Shown piece after piece: positions 7,655 through 15,825 of a stretch of DNA of 64,000 nt. The DNA is from Klebsiella phage 05F01: the sequence record LC483177.1. One strand, given 5' to 3'. Position 1 is the first letter of the stretch. Each line of letters starts with the position of its first letter. The notes beneath the pieces were generated by a model. The model was given only the letters and a program-made list of their open reading frames with translations, ran no database searches and had not been told where the DNA came from. The position numbers and the translations under genes are program-made.

Positions 7655-9769
7655 GTGAAAAAAGTTATTAAGCGTGATGGCAGAAAAGAAAATTATGATG
7701 AAGGCAAGATTTATCAGGCAGTGTATCAGGCTGCAAATAGTATCAACCTACTATCATTAACTTGTGAAGAAATTGCTAATGATGTTGCAGAGCACATTTC
7801 AAATAAAGTAAAGAATAGAGATGAATTAAAAATAAAAGATATTGAGTCTCTGGTAGAAAATTATCTTATGTCAAAGAATAAGACCAGAGATGTGGCAAGA
7901 AAGTATATTGAATATCGTCATGATAGAGATAGTGCAAGAGAATCTGGCGGAAAACTCTATAATGATTTGTTAGGTTTTCTTGACCAAAGCAATGAAGAGT
8001 TCACGAGAGAGAATGCCAATAAACCAAGTACCCTCGTAAACACCCACAGAGACCTCTTAGCGGGTATTTTAAGTAAACACATAGCAACCACACAGATTCT
8101 CCCTAAAAACCTCTCAGAATGGCATAGAGAAGGTTGGGGACACATTCATGACTTAGATTATTTAGTTAGTCCTCTCACGAATTGTTGTTTGGTTAACTAT
8201 CGTGATATGTTAGAGAATGGATTTAAGATTGGTAATGCTCAAATTGAAAAACCCAAGTCAATTGGTGTAGCTACTACAGTGCTTACTCAAATCATTCAAG
8301 CTGTAGCATCTAGTCAATATGGTGGACAAACTTGTGCTCATATTGATTCAGGATTGAAACAGTATGTAGAACTCTCTTTCAATAAGAATGTAAAACTTAT
8401 TAGGAACTTGTTTGGTGCTGAAATAAAAACAAACGCTATGCAACTCACCGAACAAGATGTATATGATGCAATGCAGACGCTTATCTATCAAGTCAATACC
8501 TTAATGAGTGTAAATGGTCAATCTCCTTTTATTACTATCAGTCTGGGACTAGATACCTCAGAATTTGGTAGAATGATCACCAGGAATTATTTACAGATCC
8601 ATAAAGAAGGGTTAGGGGTTGATAAAGTCACTCCCGTATTCCCTAAAGTTATCTTCTTCCTTGAAGAAGGTGTTAATATGAATCCAGGTGACCCTAATTA
8701 TGATTTAAAACAATTGGCACTGGAGTGTTGTTCTGAACGTATTTATCCAGATTTTATTTCAGTTCCTCGTAATAAGATGGTAACTAATTCTTCTGATGGA
8801 CATGTAACCAGCATGGGATGCAGGTCGTTCCTTTCTTACTATGCTACTGAGCAAGGTGAGAAATATGATGGGAGATTTAATCTTGGTGTTGTCTCTGTCA
8901 ATCTTCCTATGATTGCCAAAGATTGTGTAGTAAATGGGAAGCTCTTCATTGAAGAACTCTATAAGCACATGAGGAACGCCTTTGATGCCCATATGGTGAG
9001 GATTAATCGGTTAAAAGGAACAAAAGCAAAACAAAATCCTGTCTTGTTCATGGAAGGTGCATTATCACGTCTGGATGCAGAAGATACTATTGACAAACTT
9101 TTCTATAAAGGATATGCTTCAGCTAGCTTTGGCTATGTTGGGTTATATGAAGCTGTTCAGATTTTGTATCCTAATACATCTCTAGAAGAGTATCGAGAAA
9201 AAGGATCTTTTATTCTTGATCGAATGCAGAGTATGTCAGATGAATATAAAAATAAGACTAATATTAGCTTCAGTCTTTATGGTACCCCTGCTGAAAGCTT
9301 GTGTTACAAATTTGCATCTCAACTTAATGATAAGTTCCCTGGAACATTAGAAAAAGATTATTTAACAAACTCTTTTCATGTCCCTGTTGATGTAGCTGTT
9401 AACCCATTCACTAAATGGGAAATTGAATCTGGATTTGACATTTTAAGTAGTGGTGGGAATATCGGGTATGTTGAGACACCTAATCTAAAAGGGAATATGA
9501 AAGCACTAGAGACGCTTGTTGACTTTGGTTATAGTAATATACATTACTTTGGTATCAATCAGCCAATTGATAAGTGCTTTAAATGTGGGTTCAGTGGTGA
9601 GTTTAAAGCCACACAAGATGGATTTAGTTGTCCTGAATGTGGTAACTCAGATGAAGAAACTATCAGTGTGATTCGTCGTGTTAGTGGATACTTATCTAGT
9701 CCTAATAGTAGACCTTTTAACAAAGGGAAGATGCAAGAAGTTGTCCAACGTGTGAAACACACTAGTTGA
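7655..9769 (+). CDS. nrdD: Anaerobic ribonucleoside-triphosphate reductase (class III RNR)
   Basis: GTG start after GGAGGA. N-terminal ATP-cone KRDGRKENYDEGKI. Extensive colinear similarity to E. coli NrdD (GNAQIEKPKS, DPNYDLKQLALEC, TSMGCRSF, the C-terminal Zn ribbon CFKCGF..CPECGN and the glycyl-radical motif RRVSGYL). Confidence 0.95.
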   Translation: MKKVIKRDGRKENYDEGKIYQAVYQAANSINLLSLTCEEIANDVAEHISNKVKNRDELKIKDIESLVENYLMSKNKTRDVARKYIEYRHDRDSARESGGKLYNDLLGFLDQSNEEFTRENANKPSTLVNTHRDLLAGILSKHIATTQILPKNLSEWHREGWGHIHDLDYLVSPLTNCCLVNYRDMLENGFKIGNAQIEKPKSIGVATTVLTQIIQAVASSQYGGQTCAHIDSGLKQYVELSFNKNVKLIRNLFGAEIKTNAMQLTEQDVYDAMQTLIYQVNTLMSVNGQSPFITISLGLDTSEFGRMITRNYLQIHKEGLGVDKVTPVFPKVIFFLEEGVNMNPGDPNYDLKQLALECCSERIYPDFISVPRNKMVTNSSDGHVTSMGCRSFLSYYATEQGEKYDGRFNLGVVSVNLPMIAKDCVVNGKLFIEELYKHMRNAFDAHMVRINRLKGTKAKQNPVLFMEGALSRLDAEDTIDKLFYKGYASASFGYVGLYEAVQILYPNTSLEEYREKGSFILDRMQSMSDEYKNKTNISFSLYGTPAESLCYKFASQLNDKFPGTLEKDYLTNSFHVPVDVAVNPFTKWEIESGFDILSSGGNIGYVETPNLKGNMKALETLVDFGYSNIHYFGINQPIDKCFKCGFSGEFKATQDGFSCPECGNSDEETISVIRRVSGYLSSPNSRPFNKGKMQEVVQRVKHTS

Positions 9770-9779
9770 GGATATAACA

Positions 9780-9998
9780 ATGAATGATAGATATGAAGTT
9801 AAACAAGTAGATTGTGATGATACAAGTTTAGTTCTTGATAATATAAATGGAAAATACATAGGAATTTATATCAGAGAGTCTGGAATAGGGTACACTAGAA
9901 AGATCATAACTTATGAAGAAGCCCTAAGATTAAATGAATGGTTAAGTTTTCAATTGAAAGGTACTTCATTAGGAGGTAAGAATGGGAGAACGAGTTAA
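9780..9998 (+). CDS. Hypothetical small protein
   Basis: 72-aa ORF immediately after nrdD. Confidence 0.4.
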   Translation: MNDRYEVKQVDCDDTSLVLDNINGKYIGIYIRESGIGYTRKIITYEEALRLNEWLSFQLKGTSLGGKNGRTS

Positions 9999-10116
9999 GG
10001 TAGTGATAGAAAGACGTGGGGACAAATGGTATTCTCTTGGTAAATACTTTAAGCGCTTTGGTCAGTGTAAGAAATATGTCTGGTCAAAGGGATTTAATGG
10101 CGTTAGATTAGATTAA
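9982..10116 (+). CDS. Hypothetical small protein (44 aa), not in the ORF track
   Basis: ATG preceded by a strong RBS AGGAGGTAAGA. Basic peptide MGERVKVVIERRGDKWYSLGKYFKRFGQCKKYVWSKGFNGVRLD. Confidence 0.3.
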   Translation: MGERVKVVIERRGDKWYSLGKYFKRFGQCKKYVWSKGFNGVRLD

Positions 10117-10126
10117 GGAGAGAATA

Positions 10127-10672
10127 ATGAATTATAACTTTAAAGGTAGTCCAGGTAATTGGTTTTATGGGGAGTATGGTGGTGTTGACGGACAGGGCTT
10201 CTTTGTTGGCTCTAATCAGTATTACGACGGCTGCAATTATGTTGCTCGTATAAATGGAACAACAGAAAAACATAAAGCTGATGCAAAACTCATTTCTAAA
10301 TGTCCAGAATTACTTAAAACAATCATTGGAGATAATCACACTCTTCCAGAATTACTAGATTGGGTTGCTGACAGGTTGGTATATGTCTATCATGAGCACC
10401 ATAATGTAGATTTTGTTCAGGAGTTACGGAATAGATCGAAGAAACTTCAAAGTATTCTTGATGAAGTTGTTCATGAAGAGTTGCCAAAGATACTTTCAAG
10501 AGATGAAAAGATAGAGTTCATTAAAATTAGGTACCTCAATAACGAGAATGGTGTTTATTTTTGTAATCAAGATGGTGTCGCTACATATTTTTCACATATG
10601 CATAATATTGTTTTCTCAAGAAAAGAGTGGGAAGATGAAATTTGGCCTAAGTTGCAGCAGGAGGTAAAATGA
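10127..10672 (+). CDS. Hypothetical protein
   Basis: 181-aa ORF with RBS AGGAGAG. Confidence 0.5.
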   Translation: MNYNFKGSPGNWFYGEYGGVDGQGFFVGSNQYYDGCNYVARINGTTEKHKADAKLISKCPELLKTIIGDNHTLPELLDWVADRLVYVYHEHHNVDFVQELRNRSKKLQSILDEVVHEELPKILSRDEKIEFIKIRYLNNENGVYFCNQDGVATYFSHMHNIVFSRKEWEDEIWPKLQQEVK

Positions 10673-10827
10673 ATGCATACAAAGAGATCATTGAGGCATT
10701 AGAGTGGTATTTAGGCGATGGCGTAAACCCACTGAGTTCAGACTGTATATATGAAATTATTAATCAAGAGCACGACCCTATTGAAACAATAGCAAAAGCT
10801 CTGGATTATTATAGGGAAAATAAATGA
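10669..10827 (+). CDS. Hypothetical small protein (52 aa), not in the ORF track
   Basis: It is translationally coupled by ATGA overlaps at both ends, with the upstream ORF and with nrdG. It fills an otherwise non-coding 150-nt gap. Confidence 0.35.
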   Translation: MNAYKEIIEALEWYLGDGVNPLSSDCIYEIINQEHDPIETIAKALDYYRENK

Positions 10828-11312
10828 ACTACGCAGGGTACATTTTTGGTGACCTTGTGAATGGAGAGGGAGCTAGATGTTCCCTTTTTGTTTCTGGTTG
10901 CTCAAGAGGTTGTGAAGGGTGCTTTAACAAAGAGACTTGGGATTATTCCTATGGTTCTGTGTATACAAAAGAAACACAAGAAATGATTCTAAGAGATTTA
11001 TCAAAAGGTTACATCTCAGGACTGAGTATCTTAGGAGGTAATCCTTTAGAGAGAAAGAATTTTGATGTAGTGTACAACTTATGTGAAGAAGTTAAAAACA
11101 CATTTACAAACAAAGACATATGGATTTGGTGTGGTCAAACTTTTGAAGAAATCTCAAATGATAGTAAATTTAGTAAGATATTGCCCTTGACAGATGTTTT
11201 GGTGGATGGTAAATTTATCCCATCGAAAGCGAATCCTTCCTTGAAGTGGAGAGGTTCAAGTAATCAGAACATTTGGGTTAAGAGGGATGAAGAGTGGATT
11301 ATTCAACATTAA
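10824..11312 (+). CDS. nrdG: Anaerobic ribonucleotide reductase activating protein (radical SAM)
   Basis: Near-colinear with E. coli NrdG: DIVNGEGARCSLFVSGCSRGCEGCFNK, DIWIWCGQTFEE, VLVDGKFIPSKANPSLKWRGSSNQ. Confidence 0.95.
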   Translation: MNYAGYIFGDLVNGEGARCSLFVSGCSRGCEGCFNKETWDYSYGSVYTKETQEMILRDLSKGYISGLSILGGNPLERKNFDVVYNLCEEVKNTFTNKDIWIWCGQTFEEISNDSKFSKILPLTDVLVDGKFIPSKANPSLKWRGSSNQNIWVKRDEEWIIQH

Positions 11313-11695
11313 GTGACCTTGAGATTGCTATCTTAGTAGGGAAACACTTTCCAGATGAGGTTATTGTTTCAGAAGATTATGCATACAAGTTAATTCCTTG
11401 TGCGGCATCTGCATATACAGGTATTGACTATGAAGAGGTTGATTTTGACCCTTGCAATAATGTTTATGATGCATGGAAGGTCATTGTTGAGAACCGGATT
11501 TTTATTGGCCCTATTTTTGTTAGTGATTGGTGTGCAACATCTGAATGTGATAGCTATCGTAGTATTAATAAAAACCCACTCAGGGCTGCTATGATTGTGT
11601 TCATTATGATGAAGGAAAGTGAGACAATTTCTAAATGTATGTTAGATAATCTCAAAAACACAGCTAAACATGAGGATTTCAATACTTATGAATAG
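11294..11695 (+). CDS. Hypothetical protein
   Basis: 133-aa ORF with an apparent GTG start overlapping the nrdG 3' end. The start is uncertain. Confidence 0.4.
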   Translation: MDYSTLSDLEIAILVGKHFPDEVIVSEDYAYKLIPCAASAYTGIDYEEVDFDPCNNVYDAWKVIVENRIFIGPIFVSDWCATSECDSYRSINKNPLRAAMIVFIMMKESETISKCMLDNLKNTAKHEDFNTYE

Positions 11696-12050
11696 CTCTT
11701 ACGACCTCATGGTAGATATTGATGGTAAGTTTTATGAATTTGATTTCGTAGAACAATTTATTCCTTATGGAAATAAAAGGTATCTGCACATTCCTTCACA
11801 TGGATACTTTGAATTAAAAAAGATGAAGAATCCACCTGCAAGTGAATGGTTGAAAATAATGAATAAAATAATTGAGTCAGGTATTCCTTGTGCTGTATGT
11901 GATTGTATTGCATACACTAAAGAATATATTGACTTCTTTGTAGCGCATACTGAAAAATTTATCCGTATGTTTTACACTGAAGAAGCGGGTAAGGTTAATT
12001 TTACTAATGTCGTCTTTATTGATGGACCAACTGAGTGGGGTAAAAGTTAA
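11670..12050 (+). CDS. Hypothetical protein
   Basis: 126-aa ORF. Confidence 0.45.
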   Translation: MRISILMNSSYDLMVDIDGKFYEFDFVEQFIPYGNKRYLHIPSHGYFELKKMKNPPASEWLKIMNKIIESGIPCAVCDCIAYTKEYIDFFVAHTEKFIRMFYTEEAGKVNFTNVVFIDGPTEWGKS

Positions 12051-12377
12051 ATGAAAGTAATTGTTAAAGAGTACATAGTAAAACCTGGTGACACTTTGTC
12101 AGGTATTGCTAAAGAACTGTATGGAGACTCGTCTACTTATCTCGATATAGCTGAGGTGAATAAAATTGAGAATACAAATCTTATTTTCCCTGGACAAGTG
12201 CTTAAACTACCTTATCCGGCAACAGATAAAAACTTTACCTTAGTTACAATTAAGCCTACAAGAGAGGCATTGGACAGAATCTCTAGTCTATTTTCACCAG
12301 GTTTCTGTGATGGAAGAATGGAGTATGCAATTTATGCAGCAGCTCTGGGAGTAGAAGAGCAATCTTACAATACATAA
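12051..12377 (+). CDS. LysM domain protein
   Basis: VKPGDTLSGIAKELYGD...IAEVNKIENTNLIFPGQVLKLP is a canonical LysM peptidoglycan-binding motif. Confidence 0.75.
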   Translation: MKVIVKEYIVKPGDTLSGIAKELYGDSSTYLDIAEVNKIENTNLIFPGQVLKLPYPATDKNFTLVTIKPTREALDRISSLFSPGFCDGRMEYAIYAAALGVEEQSYNT

Positions 12378-12434
12378 GAACTGAAGAATAGCCTGCTGTG
12401 GGATCGGGAGTCTTTTACTGGCAGTAAAAATACG

Positions 12435-12462
12435 TTGACATCATAGAAATTGTATGTAGAAT
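12435..12462 (+). promoter_or_regulatory. Sigma70-like promoter (TTGACA-16-TAGAAT)
   Basis: Consensus -35 and a near-consensus -10, upstream of the TerC-like gene. Confidence 0.55.
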
Positions 12463-12470
12463 ATTTATCA

Positions 12471-12492
12471 AGAAGGGGGATGTCCCTCCTTC
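12471..12492 (+). promoter_or_regulatory. 5'-leader hairpin (AGAAGGGGGA / TCCCTCCTTC) between the promoter and RBS of the TerC-like gene
   Basis: Imperfect inverted repeat in which a SD-like arm pairs with an anti-SD-like arm. A possible mRNA stability or attenuation element. Confidence 0.3.
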
Positions 12493-12510
12493 ATAAACAG
12501 AGGAAAATAA

Positions 12511-13575
12511 ATGAACACTTTTATGAAATTTTACAAATGGCCCACATTCTTCTTTGTGTTGGCACTTTTAGCAGGGGCATGGATTGGCTTCGTTGAGGCT
12601 GGTGTAAGTGGAATGTTAAGTAGTGTATTGGCTGTTGGTATTCTGTGTATTCTTGAAATCTCACTGTCATTTGACAATGCGGTATTGAATGCTAAAAAAC
12701 TTCAAGATATGGAACAAAAATGGCGTGATTGGTTTATTAAGTGGGGGATGCTGATCGCCGTTTTCGGAATGCGCTTGGTTCTTCCTATCCTTATCGTATC
12801 TGTCTTAGGTGGAATGGCTCCGTGGACTGCTGTAAGCTTAGGTCTACATGACCCAGCTAAGTATGCAGAGGTGTTGCAAAGTAGCCACCATATTGTAGCT
12901 AGCTTTGGTGGTGCGTTCCTGATGATGGTTGCTCTTGAGTTCTTCCTTGATCATGAAAAAGATGTTCACTGGATGAAATGGATTGAATATCCTGTTAGTC
13001 ATATTGGTAAAGTGGGTATTGTTGCAGAAGCTTTCATTACACTTCTTATGATTATTGGAGCAAGTTTTGGTGCTCATGGAGATGATCAAGTGATGTTTAT
13101 TATCTCAGGTGTATGTGGTATCCTGCTCTTTGTGGGTATTCATTTCCTGAAAGAGTATCTTGAATCGAAGGATGAAGAGAAAGCAGCGGCATCTGTTGGT
13201 GCAGTAGTTAAATCAGGATTGGCTGGTGTTCTCTACCTAGAAGTTCTGGATGCATCTATGTCTTTTGATGGCCTGATTGCTGCATTTGCGATTACACAAT
13301 ATTTTCTTGTGATTATGTTAGGTTTGGGTGTTGGTGCCTTCTTTGTCCGAGAAATGACACTGCATGTTCTTGATAGTGGACATCTTGCTGAATTCCGTTA
13401 CCTTGAACATGGTGCTTTCTATGCTATCTTTTCTCTGGCTAGCATCATGCTCCTAAACTTCTTCTTTGAAGTCCCAGAAGTTGTCACCGGATTGATTGGT
13501 GTAGCATTCCTTACAGCAGCAGTGTGGCATAGTCATATCCTTAATAAACGTGAAGAGTCTCTTGTTACAAGTTGA
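12511..13575 (+). CDS. TerC-family (DUF475-like) integral membrane protein
   Basis: Multiple TM helices. LEISLSFDNAVLNA matches the TerC-family E-x-SLS-x-DN hallmark. A second DASMSFDG repeat shows the internal duplication typical of TerC. Confidence 0.6.
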   Translation: MNTFMKFYKWPTFFFVLALLAGAWIGFVEAGVSGMLSSVLAVGILCILEISLSFDNAVLNAKKLQDMEQKWRDWFIKWGMLIAVFGMRLVLPILIVSVLGGMAPWTAVSLGLHDPAKYAEVLQSSHHIVASFGGAFLMMVALEFFLDHEKDVHWMKWIEYPVSHIGKVGIVAEAFITLLMIIGASFGAHGDDQVMFIISGVCGILLFVGIHFLKEYLESKDEEKAAASVGAVVKSGLAGVLYLEVLDASMSFDGLIAAFAITQYFLVIMLGLGVGAFFVREMTLHVLDSGHLAEFRYLEHGAFYAIFSLASIMLLNFFFEVPEVVTGLIGVAFLTAAVWHSHILNKREESLVTS

Positions 13576-13576
13576 T

Positions 13577-13606
13577 AAAAAGCCCCGAAAGGGGCTTTAT
13601 TTTTAT
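13577..13606 (+). terminator. Rho-independent terminator (AAAAGCCCCGAAAGGGGCTTT plus T-run)
   Basis: GC-rich hairpin with a GAAA loop followed by ATTTTTATT. Confidence 0.75.
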
Positions 13607-13634
13607 TGACAGAATATCACTGGTAAGATAAGAT
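13606..13634 (+). promoter_or_regulatory. Sigma70-like promoter (TTGACA-17-TAAGAT)
   Basis: Exact TTGACA and a 17-bp spacer. The same -10 TAAGAT occurs at 27210. Confidence 0.6.
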
Positions 13635-13659
13635 GTATCTATCAAATGAAGAGGAGAAA

Positions 13660-14220
13660 ATGATGAACGTAACTAAAGATATGATTGATGCTTGGGTTAA
13701 GGATGCACCTGAATGGGCGGTAGGGATTGTTAAACGTGAAAGTAAACACGAACATAACAACTGTGCTTATGCATATGTAGGTGAAAAATTTGGGTATCAA
13801 TATATACTTTTTTCAAATGACGTATATCTTGACTATGTAGGTAAAAAATTTGCTTTTCAGGAATTTCAAACAGATGGTGATTCCTTCAAATATGAAGTGC
13901 TAGCGAAAACACATCAAGAACCTGTTGTTGGTGAAGATGTATTGGTCCACTTTGATGGAGATAATTCTAGTGTTTGGACGAAGTTTAAATTAGAATACCA
14001 GAAAGGTGACGTTGTTGTTCTATATGACTATCGTATTGAAGATGTAGAGACTTACAGATTTTCTCGTATCACAATGAAGAAATATGTTAAAACTGTAAGA
14101 GAAAATGCTATTGACCAGATTGCAAGTTTAATTGGTCGTGGGACTTTTGCAGAAGATGCTGAAGCAATCTATGATGCAATCAAGAGTAATGAGATCTCAA
14201 TTTTTACAGAGGAGAAATAA
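13660..14220 (+). CDS. Hypothetical protein
   Basis: The start was moved to ATG 13660, which is preceded by GAGGAGAAA. Confidence 0.45.
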   Translation: MMNVTKDMIDAWVKDAPEWAVGIVKRESKHEHNNCAYAYVGEKFGYQYILFSNDVYLDYVGKKFAFQEFQTDGDSFKYEVLAKTHQEPVVGEDVLVHFDGDNSSVWTKFKLEYQKGDVVVLYDYRIEDVETYRFSRITMKKYVKTVRENAIDQIASLIGRGTFAEDAEAIYDAIKSNEISIFTEEK

Positions 14221-14221
14221 A

Positions 14222-14656
14222 ATGAAAAATAAATTTATGGTGGCGGTTGTTCTGTCTTGTGCATTTCTTTTTGGTTGTGATGAAGATGTGCAACAGACTG
14301 CTGTTCCGGTATATCAGCAAGAACCTAACCCGGCTCCTGTGGTTGTAAATAATCCCGCACCTGTTGTAGTTCAAAATCATGATAGTGGTATGGGAAGCTT
14401 TATTGCAGGTGCCTTAGTTGGACATGCACTTAGTGGTGGTAGTAACACACGGGAACGTGTTGTTGAGCACCATTATTATGACAATCGTCCTGCCTCTACA
14501 AGCAATTACCGTAGTAATGGAAGTAGTAGCTCTCAAACAAAATACTCTGCTCCTAGTAGTCGTATCCAGACAATGAAGACACAACCTACTAAACGTAGCA
14601 CTTATACACCATTTAGCCGTTCTAGTAGCTCTAAATATTCTTCACGTAAACGTTAA
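14222..14656 (+). CDS. Lipoprotein with a glycine-zipper motif
   Basis: Signal peptide plus lipobox MKNKFMVAVVLSCAFLFGC. GMGSFIAGALVGHALSGG is a glycine zipper. The C-terminus is Ser/Thr/Arg-rich and low-complexity. Confidence 0.6.
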   Translation: MKNKFMVAVVLSCAFLFGCDEDVQQTAVPVYQQEPNPAPVVVNNPAPVVVQNHDSGMGSFIAGALVGHALSGGSNTRERVVEHHYYDNRPASTSNYRSNGSSSSQTKYSAPSSRIQTMKTQPTKRSTYTPFSRSSSSKYSSRKR

Positions 14657-14657
14657 T

Positions 14658-15236
14658 ATGCAAACTGAAGAATCTATTAAAGTCTTGTGGCGTAAGGTGA
14701 TGACTGAACTAAAGGAACATCACCCTACCTACTATAAACTACTTCTTGACAACGGGTACCGTGTAGGAGTAAGATTTAAGCATAATAATTCTTTTGGGTG
14801 GGCAAATGGAGTGGAGAAACTTGCTATTATTAATTTGTTTCTACATAGGAATAGTAATGATAGTATGGTGGTAGATACAATGTGGCATGAGTTGGCCCAT
14901 TGCATTGATTACTGTAAAAGAGGGTATTCAGATCATGGACCTAAATGGAAAGCTATAGCATCTGAAATAGGTGCAACACCAGAACGTGTTTCAAAAAGAG
15001 CAGTAAAAGTTGATTATAAATATGTTTGTGTGTACAGAAAGAGTAGTGTAGAATACATAGTATTGAAAGGGTATCACAGGAAACCTCCAGGATATAAAGC
15101 TAATAGCTTAATGTCAGATACATTCCAACGTGGCAACAAAGAAGGTAGCTACGGAAAAGTTTGGCTATATACTTGGGATAAATGGAAAGATATCTGTGAA
15201 CAACTAGGCAAATCTCCATATAAAGAGGAAAATTAA
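14658..15236 (+). CDS. SprT-like zinc metalloprotease domain protein
   Basis: The HExxH motif lies in WHELAHCIDYC with a downstream Cys/His, as in SprT/Spartan-like domains. Confidence 0.55.
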   Translation: MQTEESIKVLWRKVMTELKEHHPTYYKLLLDNGYRVGVRFKHNNSFGWANGVEKLAIINLFLHRNSNDSMVVDTMWHELAHCIDYCKRGYSDHGPKWKAIASEIGATPERVSKRAVKVDYKYVCVYRKSSVEYIVLKGYHRKPPGYKANSLMSDTFQRGNKEGSYGKVWLYTWDKWKDICEQLGKSPYKEEN

Positions 15237-15818
15237 ATGAAAAAGTGGAAAGTGGTTAAAGGTGATGGTAATCTTTTTAAAAATGCACCCAAATGGTGTA
15301 CTCAAATTTCTTCCGATGAAGATGGAACTCGCCGTTATTATGAGGAAGCTTTTGGTGTTAATGGGGCAAAATTTCAGAACATTCGTGAAGGTGCTGTTTG
15401 GTGTTTGAACAATAAAGACACCTTTAATGATGGCCTTGTAGTTATCGCTGAACGCGAATTAATTGAAGAAAAAGAAACTTCACCTAAACGAGTTAAAGGT
15501 CCTAAGCAACCTAAGAAAACATCCAATAAAGTTGTTGTAAACTATAATACAGGAGAAACCTACACAATTAAAGGTGTTGCTAGTGTGTCCCTGGAAGATA
15601 ACTCTTTCCAAGTATTCAAAGAATACAAACACGTAAATGAAATATTTAAATTTAATGGGTGTGAATTCCCATCTAAAGATGTTGCAAGTATTGAAATTCA
15701 TGGGGTTAATAAGACATATATTATTCACAAAAGTGAGGATTTTACAAACAACTTTGCATTTGTAACACAAAGCGGGGATTTTATTCTTAGTAATAGTTTT
15801 TCCTTAGTTGATTTTTGA
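15237..15818 (+). CDS. Hypothetical protein
   Basis: 193-aa ORF. Confidence 0.45.
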   Translation: MKKWKVVKGDGNLFKNAPKWCTQISSDEDGTRRYYEEAFGVNGAKFQNIREGAVWCLNNKDTFNDGLVVIAERELIEEKETSPKRVKGPKQPKKTSNKVVVNYNTGETYTIKGVASVSLEDNSFQVFKEYKHVNEIFKFNGCEFPSKDVASIEIHGVNKTYIIHKSEDFTNNFAFVTQSGDFILSNSFSLVDF

Positions 15819-15825
15819 GGTGACA

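Noticed and set aside
12378-12510. Possible yybP-ykoY (Mn2+) riboswitch in front of the TerC-family gene
   Set aside because: The transcribed leader downstream of the -10 is only about 45 nt. It lacks the conserved riboswitch core helices, and only a short SD/anti-SD hairpin is present.
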